DNA from: Nymphaea colorata
Taxonomy: Eukaryota
Direction: 5' to 3'
NCBI RefSeq assembly: GCF_008831285.2
Contig: NC_045138.2
Span: 41,788,001 to 41,852,000, forward strand
DNA: 64,000 nucleotides
Positions within the stretch are counted from its first letter, which is position 1, and every line of letters begins with the position of its first letter. This document shows, piece after piece, positions 52,055 through 64,000 of this stretch. The translations under genes were made by a program, and so were the position numbers. Under the pieces are notes generated by a model. The model worked only from the letters and a program-made list of their open reading frames with translations, ran no database searches and had not been told where the DNA came from.

Positions 52055-52739
52055 TACCAGCCGATGGGAACAAAGAATGATGAATACCAGGAAATATATA
52101 GGGTGTCATTCCTCCACCCATCCACATTATCTGAAAAAAGAAAATGACAATTTTTACCAAAATAATTGCAAAGCTAATACCAGCAATAAAATTTGGCTAT
52201 AGTCACATGCATGCACTTGCAAATACTCAATTTCCTTATCCAACATTGGAGCCGCATCTGACTGAATAGTAAGAGTTGACCAGAAACTCTTAAGAAATTA
52301 GTAAAATTACAACAACTTTAATCCAAATATGCATTAAAATATTTTTTTTTTTAAAAAAAGCAAATCACCATATATTTTATTATATAACATCCCTAATGTT
52401 CACAACCAGAACTAAACATTCCAAGCAATAGGTAACAATTAACTAAAACAATGTGAAGCAGAATTTCAAGTTCCACGAACTAGGATATAGGTGAAAGGAA
52501 AGGAAATTTCACCTTGTTTCAGAGGGGTATAAGCTCTTGCAATGCTTTCATCTTCTCATGGATTCGATCTCTATGTCTTTGTATAGAGACAATGTATAAG
52601 CAACACAACCTAATTACAGGCTTGATTGCTACGGCTTATCCTCTATGACAAATTATGGACTTCAGCAGCTTGACTTTTATGAGATGATGTAAATTTTGAA
52701 GGTGGTCTCTTTGCTTCAACAGATTCATACTCGATACAT
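52055..52739 (-). pseudogene. PHYTOCHROME-INTERACTING FACTOR-clade (subgroup VII) bHLH pseudogene, 4 exons
   Basis: Exon 52640-52739 reads EYESVEAKRPPSKFTSSHKSQAAEVHNLS*R. Exon 52513-52578 reads RHRDRIHEKMKALQELIPL*NK. Exon 52211-52261 reads SDAAPMLDKEIEYLQVH. Exon ~52055-52130 reads IMWMGGGMTPYIFPGIH. Intron positions fit PIF genes. Two stops and mutated splice sites. Confidence 0.9.
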
Positions 52740-53583
52740 CTACAACCACCTCCTCTTCCTTATAATATTATCAACTACAATAACTAATAAGCAACATGGA
52801 ATGATAGATGCAGGAAATTCGAGCATGGAGACATCAACATCTGCATTTGAAACTAAATATTTTTCCTACATAAAAACAACAAAAGCACGGTAACCACACT
52901 TGTTATCCGAAGGGTTTAATGTAAACGATTTCTCATTTATACTGAAGGCTTCATACTTCCCCCGCTAACATTGTATCCATAGAAGGGGGTGGAGAGAAAG
53001 ATATATATATATACATATATATATATAGTGGTGAGACGCACCTGTTTGGGTGAAACTCTATCTCGTCAATGAACTGGAGAAAAAAACTGAAGACAAGATC
53101 AAACTTGGCGAATCCCATCATAATTCTCTAACGTTCCAATCAATCCTTCTAAACCACCTAACAAGGAGACAACCCAAAGGATATCATGCCCCTTTCTCTA
53201 GCATCTACGTTCCTGATCATCCCCCCTCCTCAAGGGGACTCCGCACTTTGAAAAGCTAATGGAAACCTCTCTGTCGAACTCAAACGCCCTAGTTTCTTCT
53301 CAATATTTAGTATTTTTTCTCAATGCCCTAATTTCACCATCTTCATCTTGCAATTCAAAGGACTCTGCACGGTAAAAGTTTTTTACTAATCAATTAATCA
53401 ATAGAGAAAAAAATTATCGTGGAGCAACAACGCAATAAGCAGAAGATTGTCAATCACATTATGTATCAGTAGATCGATCGATCATCCAGCAAAAAAATGG
53501 TGAGAGTATCATCCCCTGCAGGAGATGTGTTCGATCATAGAGGCAAAAAATGGCGACAGCATTGTTGCCAGCAGAGAGAAAGG

Positions 53584-53900
53584 TAGGGTTGTCAACCGAA
53601 TGGATTCAGATCGGATATCCGTTCAAATTACTTAAAATAAGGAAAGCAATTTAACATTCAATTAAGAAATCGACCGAATTCAGATTTAATAAATAACATC
53701 GATCCAGATTCAGATTTAAATAAATATCCCATCAGACAATATGCATCTTAACAAGTATATCTAAATCTGAACCCATAGACTAAGATTCGAGTCCAAACTG
53801 TGAGATCCATCTAAATCCAAACCATGAGCTGATATTTGAATCTGAACTATAACCTGATATCTAGATCTGACCCATGAGCTGCTGTGAATATGAACAGAGC
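53584..53900. mobile_element. hAT/MITE-like terminus remnant
   Basis: Begins TAGGGTTGTCAA, followed by gatcc/gatatc/atctga subterminal-like repeats. The second end was not found. Confidence 0.4.
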
Positions 53901-55708
53901 TAAATCCCATGAGTTTTTTTGGGACCTACCACAATGGTGTGATGTTTGAGGAGATGGTCTAAGCCAAATGCACCAACTTAACATCATAACATAAAATGAA
54001 CATAAATTTTATATAGAGGTCCATATGACCAGGAGCTTAAGAGCTTATGACTTCCATGCGGTATGAATAGTAATGGCCCTATAGTTGCCATATAGACCAT
54101 TTGACTTAAAATATTTACAGCTATATCCTACAAAAATTTTATTTAACCAATTAATAAATATTGTGTTTACTTACATGTTTTTATGTAATCAAGGAGAACA
54201 ATTATATTTAAGGCATCAAGTAAGCATGATAGCTTAAATAATGTATTTATTTAATTGAAAACAACAAAGAAAACTTCAACCAAGAAATTTCCACAAAATA
54301 TGAAAAAATTACATAACTCATCAAAAAGTTTTGTTTATCTAATTATCAATTACTTATCTCATCAATCAAGTAAATTATTTTGTATAATCAATAACTTGCC
54401 CAAAAGTTTTAGGTATTTAATGTATAACATATAATTCGCCAATTTAAAACAAAAACCTTTGACTAATAGAAAAATAACAAGTTGTTCTATTTAATAAATT
54501 ATTAGATATTTTGTTTGATTAAACGATACAATTTTATGTAAAAAAAAAAGCACCTGCTCCAATAAAGCTAAGAGGACTAAATCGATGAGTCTATGATGAT
54601 GTGGAGCGACTGAAGGTTTGACATTATTGAACACTTTTTGTGCAGATATAAAGCAAACTATTTCAATTATCTCAATGAAATGAGAAAATTTCCTTAAATA
54701 ATGTATTTGTTAAGTGGGAAATAATATGGGTCACCTAATATAAAGAACCTTTTCAATATGCACATTTAATATGAAAAAAGTAGGAAAAACTTGTTTATTG
54801 AAAAAAATATTTGTCTAATTAATCAAACATATCGTTTTGTATAAACGTGCAACCTCATAGAAGTTCTATTCAGTTCATAAACTAGTTATTTTAGATAAGT
54901 ATTTAACAAAAGAGAACTGATGGACGAAAGTATTTGAAAATAATCTAAAACTTCTAAATCAAGAATTAAAACCAAGTTCTTTTCAATGGAATTATCTATT
55001 TTATTTATTAATGAATCAATACAACATTATTTAATTAATTTAATAAAATAAGCAATTATTTAATAATAAATAAGAAAATAAATGAAAATTTTAAAAAATG
55101 TCTATTGTAACTGTTTAATTAAACTATGTTATGTAATCAAAGAGTGCATCCATTTTTTTAATATTTAATAAGTAAATAAGAAAATACATAACACAATAAA
55201 GATTTGCAAAGACTCAAGGGATGTTGGGGCTTGGGTTAGGGTTGAGGATAGCTAAGTTGGATAGGATGAGAGGACTTCAAAGATCGACCTGTTTCACACC
55301 CCTAGGTTTTTTGGTAAAATCCATCCTTTGCCTCCTCCTTTCCGCCGCAAACAGGAGGGTCGCAAATAGTTCTCCATTTATAGGTGTTGTTAAATATATT
55401 ATTCTTAATTACTGTTCTTGTCCTTACCACTGCACAACGAGTTGAGCCAACTCAGGCTTGACTCTAACTCGCTCAAAAGAACTTGACTCGTTTATAAATG
55501 AGTTGAACTCGAGTTTAACTTATATTCAAAACGTTAAATGAGTTAGTTTGAGTTGCAAAAACTCGACTCATTTGGCTTGGGCTGTGAAAGTAGGCTTGGG
55601 CTGGCCTAGGCCCGACAAGAAACAAATCCACACTGGGCCTGTACCCAGGTGGGCAGGTCCGATTTCAATTAATTTTATTAATTTCAAAGGTATTTTTATA
55701 TATTTTTT

Positions 55709-55710
<2 letters not shown>

Positions 55711-55768
<58 letters not shown>
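55711..55768. repeat. (TA)n microsatellite; others at 2537-2579, 2916-2980, 3073-3113, 24779-24807, 27817-27852 and 53002-53027
   Basis: Read directly from the sequence. Confidence 0.95.
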
Positions 55769-55771
<3 letters not shown>

Positions 55772-56300
55772 TAAATATTTGATTTTTATTAAATTTGAAT
55801 CCGGCGTGAGCTGGCCTGGCCAGATGTGTTAATTGGAATCGTTTGTGAATCATAATGGTTAAATATATATTTTAGTGAAAAAATGAAATTTGGAAAGCAT
55901 TAAGATTTCAAACATATAAAAAAATCAAAAAAGTAATATAAAACTTTACCATATTGAAAAAAGAATGATGATAAATAAGCTACACGCCTGTTCACCTTTG
56001 AGTCTAAATAAGCTCCTTCTTTCCTATTGGTTCTTCCACGTACGTTAGTGGAGGCCATTCTCTCTCTCGTTTCTTCCTCAAGACACTACCCAACAAAAGT
56101 CACGGTAGAGGAGATAAAAAAAATTGGGGAACTGGTGATTGCGGAAGGTGAATGGGAAGAGAATATAACAGCGGTAAGGGGATGGAGTGGTAAGGGGATG
56201 GAGTAAACTTCTTATTCGGTTGATTTTTGTGCTCTTTAAGCTGTTCTTTTTTTCCATTTGTCAGTTGTAGATTTGTGTTCCTTGTTTCCGTTTTTGTCTC

Positions 56301-56490
56301 TATGTTTTGTTCTTCCGCTGATTTTGTTTTCCTTAAGCCATTTTTTGTTCTATGTTTTGTTCTTCCGCTGATTTTGTTCTCTTTAAGCCATTTTTTGTTC
56401 TATGTTTTGTTCTTCCGCTGATTTTGTTCTCTTTAAGCCATTTTTTGTTCCCTGTTTTATTCTTCCACTGATGTTTGTTCTCTCTAAACC
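56301..56490. repeat. 50-bp minisatellite, about 4 copies
   Basis: tatgttttgttcttccgctgattttgttctctttaagccattttttgttc at 56301, 56351, 56401 and 56451 (last copy diverged). Confidence 0.92.
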
Positions 56491-56531
56491 CCTTGCTTCT
56501 TGTAACCACAACGATTTTTTGTTCTCTCTAA

Positions 56532-57170
56532 GGGCCCGTTTGATTGTCGGGTGAAATATGGTGGGGAGGGTGAAATGTGTACGGGTGGGTGAAATTTCAC
56601 CTGCTCGACTGAAAACGCATCAAACGGGGTGAAATTTCACCCATTCGAAAGTCCAAGCTCGCAGCTCGGATTTTCGAGCGGGTGAAATTTCACCCGCTCG
56701 ACATTTTCATCTCGTACTCTGTCGCACCTCTCCTCTTCCCTCCGCAGCTCCTCCTCCCTCGCATTCCTGCCTTCTCACCATCGCACCCGAGGCGTCGCAC
56801 CTCTCACCGTCGCCGATCCGCCGTCGCCTCCCCGCTCCGCCGTCACCTCTCTGCTCCTCCACCGGTACGCTTTCTCCCTTTCTCTCTTGCTCTTGCTGAT
56901 GCCTTCTCTTTCTCCCTTTCTCTCTTGCCCTAAGTTGTTCTTCTCTGGCTTCTCACCGGCAGGGAAGAGGGACGCAGAGACAGGGCAGCATCAACCACTG
57001 CCACTGTTGCGCTCCTTCCCCTCTGTTACTGCCCCGTGAGTCTCTCAATATCTCTCTCGCTTCTCCTCCTTCGTGTTTCTGTTCCATTTCCTGTTTCTTT
57101 TTTTGCCATTGTGGATGTGTGCCATCGCCTATTCACCCTCTCTCTTCTTTTGTTATTCATCCGTTCTTTG
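56532..57170. mobile_element. PIF/Harbinger left terminus
   Basis: TAA (56529-56531) is followed by GGGCCCGTTTG, a typical Harbinger/Tourist TIR start. Palindromic subterminal GGTGAAATTTCACC repeats and a GC-rich internal segment follow. Confidence 0.7.
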
Positions 57171-60100
57171 GGCATTTGATTTGCACTTCTTCATTGCGGA
57201 TTTGGGGATTTGTCACCTCATCTGTACAAACTCTTTGCCTAAACTAAACCTGCCCAAACAAGTGATTACGTTCCTCCTCAGTCCCAGTAGAATACTCTTC
57301 ATCCCTCTCATGCTCAAGCACATCTACAACTGTTAAATTTTTTTCTCGCTTGTAATCCAGAAAATCTGTGAATTGAATCTCTCGACTCTGAGAATACTCT
57401 TCCCTTGACACAGAGTTCGCCCCTTGAAGAGGATTCTCACCAAAGTAAGAGACATGTTCCAATAAGGTGACATCCTTGGTAACATAAACTCGACCAGTGG
57501 TAGGATCAAAACACTTATACCCCTTTTGAGTAGGAGAATACCCAACAAAAGCACCCTTAATTGACATTGGATCAAGTTTTTTAACATGAGGACTGTGATC
57601 ATGAATAAAGCAAATAAATCTAAAAACATGATGTGGGAGGAGAAAGGGTTGACGACTCCCTAGTAGCATAGAGTGGAGAGTCCACCCATTTAGCACACGA
57701 CTAGGCATACGATTGATCAGATATGCACTAGTGAGAACAACATCACCCCAATATTGTTTTGGAAGATTACTTTGAAACAAGAGGGCCCTGGTGACATTGA
57801 GTAACTGACGATTTTTCCTCTCAGCTACCCCATTTTGTAGAGGAGTATAACTGTGGGACGTCTCATGAACAATCCCCTTTTTGAAAGAAATCTTCAAGAG
57901 ATTGACACACATACTCACGAGCATTATCAGACTGGAAGGTCTTAGCAGATTCGCCATATTGGGCCTCCACAAGAAGAATGAAGGTCTCTATGACATGAGG
58001 CACTTCACTACGGTCTTTCAAAAAGTATACAAAGGTGCTCCTTGAGAAATCATCTATTAAGGTTATAAAGTATTGAAAACTTTGACGGGTATGAATTCCC
58101 AAAGGCCCCCACACATCAGAATGAATCAAAAGAAAACTTCATTGGCACGACTGGTGGAAATAGTCTATGAAGCCCTAACATGTTTAGCAAATTGACATGC
58201 ATCACAAGATATCATAGACATGTCCAAAATAGAATATGAATCAGGATAACTATTTCAAAATTTCAAAATGAAGATGCCCAAGGCATTCATGCCAATACCA
58301 AAACAACTGAAGACAATCCTTTCTCCTCTCCTCTGTTCTGCTGACAGTTGTCATAAGAGTGGTAGCCACAAGGATGGGTAATCGATATAAGATTTCAGAC
58401 ACCAAACCAATCTCAATCCTCTTTCCTATCACCAAGTCCTGCAAAACACAACGATTGGCAGAAATATAAGTTCACAATTTAGCTCTTTTGTAATTTTGCT
58501 GATAGACAAGAGATTCAAGGGACGATGAGGAACATGTAAGGCACCATGCACTAAAAATTTGTTTAAAAAGGAAAGACTTTCTTTTCCTGCCACAGAGGTA
58601 AATGAACCATCGGCAAGAGAAACACGTTCCTTTCTAGATGAGAGCTTATACTCATGGAAGAGCTTAGGATTGCCAGTCATGTGGTGGGTGGAACCACTAT
58701 CAACAATCCATTCGGCCATATAAGAATTACCTTTTTCTCCAAAAATGGCAAGAGCATGGTTAACCTTCACATCATCAGACGCTTCAGCCTCACTGACATC
58801 AATCCAACTTAGGTAATCATGGAGCTCACGGATCTGTTCCACAGAGATACAAGCTTTCCGTCCACTAGAGTTAGTAGTATCAGAAATAGGCTTCTTCCCA
58901 CCAAACGACCTCCCTCTACTATTCTTCTTTTCAGGATGTGGGTCCCAACAAAAATCTATGGTATGACCACTCTTCTTGTAGTGAGTACACTTGCAAGGAG
59001 GTCGGACAACTCCCATAAGACCACGGATAACAAGAGCAGACCTCTCATTATATGAGGTGTGATCCCCCGTTCGCCCAATTATAACAAGGCGCCTTTGCTC
59101 TTCAGCTTCAACATGAGAGTAAACATCTTCAATACTAAGCAGTTCTTCAAAATTGAGGATTTGACTACTTATGCCTTCAAAGTCATCATTCAGTCCTACT
59201 AAGAATAAAAACATCATATTCTTCCACTCCTTGGCTAAATGATGCACTTGGTCTTGAGGGCAATTCCAAGTTTCATCTGAATAGTAGTTAAGTTCCTCCC
59301 ACTTGGATTTCAAGGTCGCATAAAAATTTACCACAAAGAGGTCAGCTTGTCGTAAAGCATAAACATCTTTCATCAATTGATACACTCACACTGGGAATCC
59401 TCATAGTAATAGCAACAGACCATTGAAAGTAATTTTCCTTGGTAAGGCGAATGGTAGTAACTTGAACCAGAATATTCTCAGTTCTAGAGACCTCAACTTC
59501 AGCCTGATCAGTATTGACAGTAGAGGAAGAAGATTCTGCCATGATCACGATTCAACACTATCCAACAATGGTCCAGGCAATGACACCTCTGGCAGCAGCA
59601 GGAAGAAGACACGAGTGGTGCTAAACAGAGTAGGCGATGCTGGGCGGCGATGCTGGTGGCAACGAAGGAAGCACAGGCGGCACTAGAACTAGCGGCAGAA
59701 GAGCTGGGCGGCAATGCTGGGCAGCAAGCGAGCAGCAGAGAGCAAGACGAAGGTAGACGCTCGAGTCTACACAGATAGGCGACGACAGACAGAGCCCTCA
59801 GAGTCGATGTCATGCACCACAGGCGACGACGACCAGGCAGCAGCGGATGACGCCTGACCCCCATGAACGTTGGAACTCCACAGCAAGGTTAGAGGAAGCT
59901 GTTGCATAGGAGGAACAGTGGCAAGGAGAGAGGAGCAGCAACTGGTGGGCAGAACCTCCACCAGAACTTTACGGTGGCAGAAGATCTTCACTCAAACAGT
60001 GACAAGGGATTCTCCGTCCAAACTGAACAATGACAGCATGATCCCTCCTCCAACACGAGCACAATAAAAAAATCAGAACCAACTTGGCTATGATAGCATG

Positions 60101-60330
60101 TAGAAACAAAACAAAGAGAAGAATAGGATGTAACGTAGAAAAACCCTCAATACAAGGAAAAAAACCACGGGTGAGGAGCACTGGTGGCCACTAGCAGCCA
60201 GACACTCTCTCTCTTAGATTCTCATTCACACATAGAAATTAGGGATTACATAGGTTAAGTAGGGCCATAACAGGATAACACAATGGATCGGGTCGAAATC
60301 TAGACCTGGACAGGTGCCCCATTTACAACA
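57170..60330 (-). mobile_element. 3'-truncated Ty1/Copia (LTR-PBS-gag-PR-INT; RT, RNase H and 3' LTR missing)
   Basis: LTR 60099-60330, degenerate PBS at 60086-60098, gag IRLTKENYFQWS and FLVGLNDDF, WIVDSGSTHHMT, IHSDVWGP, QNGVAERKNRQLL, FVGYSPTQKGYKC. Confidence 0.9.
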
Positions 60331-60734
60331 TATGTCAACAATAACAAAAACATCATTACTATTAAATGTTCAAACATCTATATAATTAGCAGTATCAGGT
60401 AAAACTACAAAATACAAATAGTCTAAAATGTTTAACTCTTGTAAGTCATATGGTGGAATACATTGACATAAAAATAGATATAAAAGCTTAGACTAGAGCT
60501 ACTATAAATACAAAAATAACCATGAAAACTCGTTAGATAACCAGTCTTCTGTCCTACACACTACTCTTCCCATCGAGACCATGTAATACTTGAGAGGAGG
60601 CATCACCGTCTGGTTCCTGCATTTCAAAAATTAGAAAGACAAACAAATAATTAGATTATCACCATAAAATATTAAAATAATCAAGTACAATTAAAACAAT
60701 AATATAATGAGAATGTTAGACAATGAGTATCTTA

Positions 60735-61992
60735 CTTGAAACATAATCATTCCATATTGTTGAAGTAATTTGCTCACGAAGTTCATTGTTGCTACCACGT
60801 ATTTGTATGTGTTTAGTATTTTCATCATCATTTATAATTTCACTTATTTCATTATCATTTATATTATTAGATTAGATTGTAGTTGATTATAAAATTATGA
60901 AGAACAAATGTTGCTTGTACAATTTTAACTTAAGTGCATATTGGATATGACACATGATTCTTCAAAATTTGAAACCTTGTCTTAAGCAAACCAGACATTC
61001 TCCCCATAGTAGTATATAAAGATAAGCATCTATAGCTGTATAATTCTTTTTTTGTCTCAATTTGCCTAGATTCAGACATGTGGAGTTAATAATCCGACAA
61101 TATTTGGGTATCCAGTATCGACAAGATAATAGTTACCTATTTTATATTCAATAATATGTGTTTTGTCAGTTAAAGATGATAGTACATTTAAACCATTGAT
61201 GTTTATTTTTTTTACCATGTGGATGAAGATTATCTTCTAGTGCATTGTATAACACTCTTGCATTAGTTACACTTCCTTCCCAACCGGATAGTATGTAGTG
61301 AAACTGCATATCGAATCCCACCATTGCTAAAACATTTTGAGATGAGAACCTTTTTCTATTTCACCAACAATTTTGGCCATCTTTTCGGACATATAATGAA
61401 ATATGTGTACCATTCATTGCTCCCAACCAATCCTATTGCTACGCAATATCTGTTAGTATTCTAAATGTTTTACCACAAACAAAAAGTTTGACTATATCTA
61501 TTGTGAATTGCAGTTGTTTACCTTAAAGTATGAAAAGAAATGTAGACCTCTTCTAACTCGAGCTGGTGTAGTATCATCTCTATGTCCTACGTATTCATGT
61601 GCAATATGGAGAATTGCTTTCAAAACTAAGTTGAAGTACTTACTAATTGTTTGTTCTGAGTGCTTAAAATCATATTGAGTCCATCGATTTTGTTGATCAT
61701 GTATGAAAGTAATGAGAAACATCGCTACTTGTTCTTCAATTGTGATTTCTCTTGCATAACACAATAACTCCCAACTTTTTAACAAATTGTGTAATAATGC
61801 ATATGTTAATTGATCCACCCTCAATAGATCTAAACAGTTTCTTGGGTGTCCATGCATACAGTCATGCACAAATTGTGCCCCTACTAGTTGATTAATATGT
61901 ACTAAATTTCTAGTAGGTCTACCTTTAGCTTTCAAAGATTTCATCATTAAACACATAATAAGAATAAAGATAACTGTGGATACTTTGTCCAT
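60735..61992 (-). pseudogene. PIF/Harbinger DDE transposase (HARBI1-like) remnant, 3 exons
   Basis: IEEQVAMFL...HSEQTISKYFNLVLKAI...SYFK|gt; GAMNGTHI...SQNVLAMVGFDMQFHYILSGWEGS..ARVL; YYLVDTGYP...GLLKTRFQILK...VLHNFI. Stops and frameshifts. Confidence 0.9.
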
Positions 61993-62029
61993 CTTGATAA
62001 GAAATACACTAACTCATGATTGTGGAGGT

Positions 62030-62604
62030 TCTCGCTCTTTTGTTTTCCCTCATGCTGTTAGAGGTTTCTCTATGAGTAGAAGCATTGCTATCTATTGGTG
62101 AAGTAGGTAACTAAAAATCATTCTCATCTTGTTCATCCACATTTATTTGTAGTACATCATCTAGTGCCCTACTATTTACGCCACTCCTACTGTCACCCAA
62201 TGAAGTGGAAGATCATCAAATTTCCATTGCATGCTCATAATATTCCATATTGTTGGCAATTTATATTTTTTTTTATTTGGGTGCTTTTGTATATACTCTT
62301 TCCACATATTATTATCTACTCGTATAATTTTTTTATCTACATCCCACCCAAATTTTGAAGCAGTGAGCATCTCTTTCATCACTTGTAAGTCAAGTTTTCC
62401 TCCTTTCAGCTTGTTTCTGATTTTCTCTAATGTAAACATTGGTCCATATGCTTCCATCATTTTTTGCTCAACCACCTTCATAGTTGTTTCTTTTAGTCCA
62501 CCTGATGTCTGTATTCCAGGAACCTTAGCTTGCTCTAACATCATGTCAAATAAAAAATGCACTTGATCGTCATCTCACTATAGTTTGTCATGGTGGTTAC
62601 TCAT
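62030..62604 (-). pseudogene. Harbinger Myb/SANT-like DNA-binding ORF remnant
   Basis: DDDQVHFLFDMMLEQ...GGLKETTM...KIRNKLK...SKFGWDVDKKIIRVDNNMWKEYIQKHP, lying in tandem upstream of the transposase. Confidence 0.85.
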
Positions 62605-64000
62605 ATAGTTTTAACAAATAGAAGTTCAAGAAGATCAAGTTTAAACAATTGACATGTGTGAATAAACAAATATACAACAATAATACAAGGACGTTCTTCT
62701 TTGAAAGTCACTTTGGTACTCAAACATATTCTAACATTCTACTATTTGAAAATCAAACGACACTAAGAGGAAGTATACATGTTGTTTCAAATTACTTTTT
62801 GCTTTGGTTACACAAGATAAACCAGGGCGACCAAGCCTTCCACCAAAGTTTCTCAATTCTGGGAACAACTAAAGAGAGAGAAAGAAAGAGAGAGGAAGGG
62901 GGTTGAGGTGGGGGTGCTTGACGGAAGAGACTACATGCAATGACAAGTGTAAATGTCACATGAAGAAAGCAAAACAAAGCATGCCTCCTTAAGCTAGATC
63001 CACATCTGCACAAAAGCAAACCTACAACATCTTTTCAAAATATGTAAAAGCTAAATAAACAGAAAGACAAAGGATCCTCCCTACAGATCGGACAGATGTA
63101 TCAATTGATAGCAGAAGGTATTCCATCAGGACAGAGGAGAAATACATAAATGAAAAATGAACTGCACAAGTAGGGAAAAAATGAATCTCCTGTAGCGGAG
63201 TCAAAATTGAAGCAAGCATGGTGTTTCAGTGCTAGAAATCATCCGTAGAAAAGGTATTAGCCAGTGAATTCTAGGAAACGAAACACAAAACGTGATAAAT
63301 GAGAAAAAAGCGAAAAAAAAGGGGTATGACGTTAGATTTTGGGCACTTGAGATGAGATACCTAAGCGTAGCTATGACATTAGATTTTGGGCACTCACAAA
63401 GGGGCGGAGGCCCAATTTCTATAGGTAAACACTATGAAGGTATTAACACTTATGATCAGCTCAATTTCTATAGGCAAAGCCAAAGTCAAAATGCCAACAA
63501 AGCCATAAATTCACTAGAAAAATCTTACTAGAATCTTGTTCAGCTCTCCAAGTCAAAGACAGAAAAGACTACTCATGATTTATGGGGACTGCAAATATAC
63601 TACCAAAACTCTTTTATTTCTTTTCTCTCTCTCACTCTCTCTTACCGCACCTTCACGATTTTCAAAAGAGCACACCAGCAAAATGATAAAAATTTCGAGG
63701 AACTTACATTTGAAGGACCATCATTTTGTTGTACTTCTTGGAAAGACAGGTTTCTTGGGTTCCTTGATAGAGGACAGTGTTTTAGGACAAATGCCAAAAC
63801 AGGGACCCTTTTTGCCATCATATTCCAATCAAGGATAGGATCTCAGTTAAACTTAAATGAAAGACAATAATTCCCTTCTCTTGAATTACATAAGTAAACT
63901 TGAGTACCATTTGTATGTTTCTCTTTTGCTCTCAAGGACAATACACAAAAGAAAATACTTGAAAGCACTTAGAAATAAAAATCTTTTCTAATACGCAAGA

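Noticed and set aside
59423..60181. GC-rich ORFs upstream of Copia gag
   Set aside because: Copia 5' leader low-complexity sequence with no domain similarity.

Overview
Repeat-rich plant (angiosperm-type) nuclear DNA made mostly of nested, decayed transposons. Only one host CDS looks intact: an IQ+BAG-domain co-chaperone (BAG5-like) at about 25.9-26.6 kb. A spliced PIF-clade bHLH pseudogene lies at about 52.0-52.7 kb. From left to right the transposon content is: (1) a large FAR1-type MULE remnant (1-8.3 kb) with two oppositely oriented Ulp1/C48 protease remnants either side of a ~200-bp tandem array; (2) Copia fragments; (3) a CACTA-to-hAT transposase fusion split by a 2.9-kb solo LTR with TSD GTATG; (4) a decayed two-LTR Copia (28.5-33.5 kb); (5) a decayed chromovirus; (6) a full-length chromovirus with ~3-kb LTRs (38749-50169, TSD TGACC) inserted exactly at the terminus of a 1.1-kb non-autonomous hAT (TSD GTGGTGAC); (7) PIF/Harbinger remnants interrupted by a truncated Copia. 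I saw no rRNA, tRNA or CRISPR array. The best candidates for something undescribed are the double-Ulp1 MULE with its internal satellite and the long-LTR, gag-deleted chromovirus with patchy LTR divergence. Neither is shown to be a new system. All domain calls come from motifs translated by eye, not from database searches.
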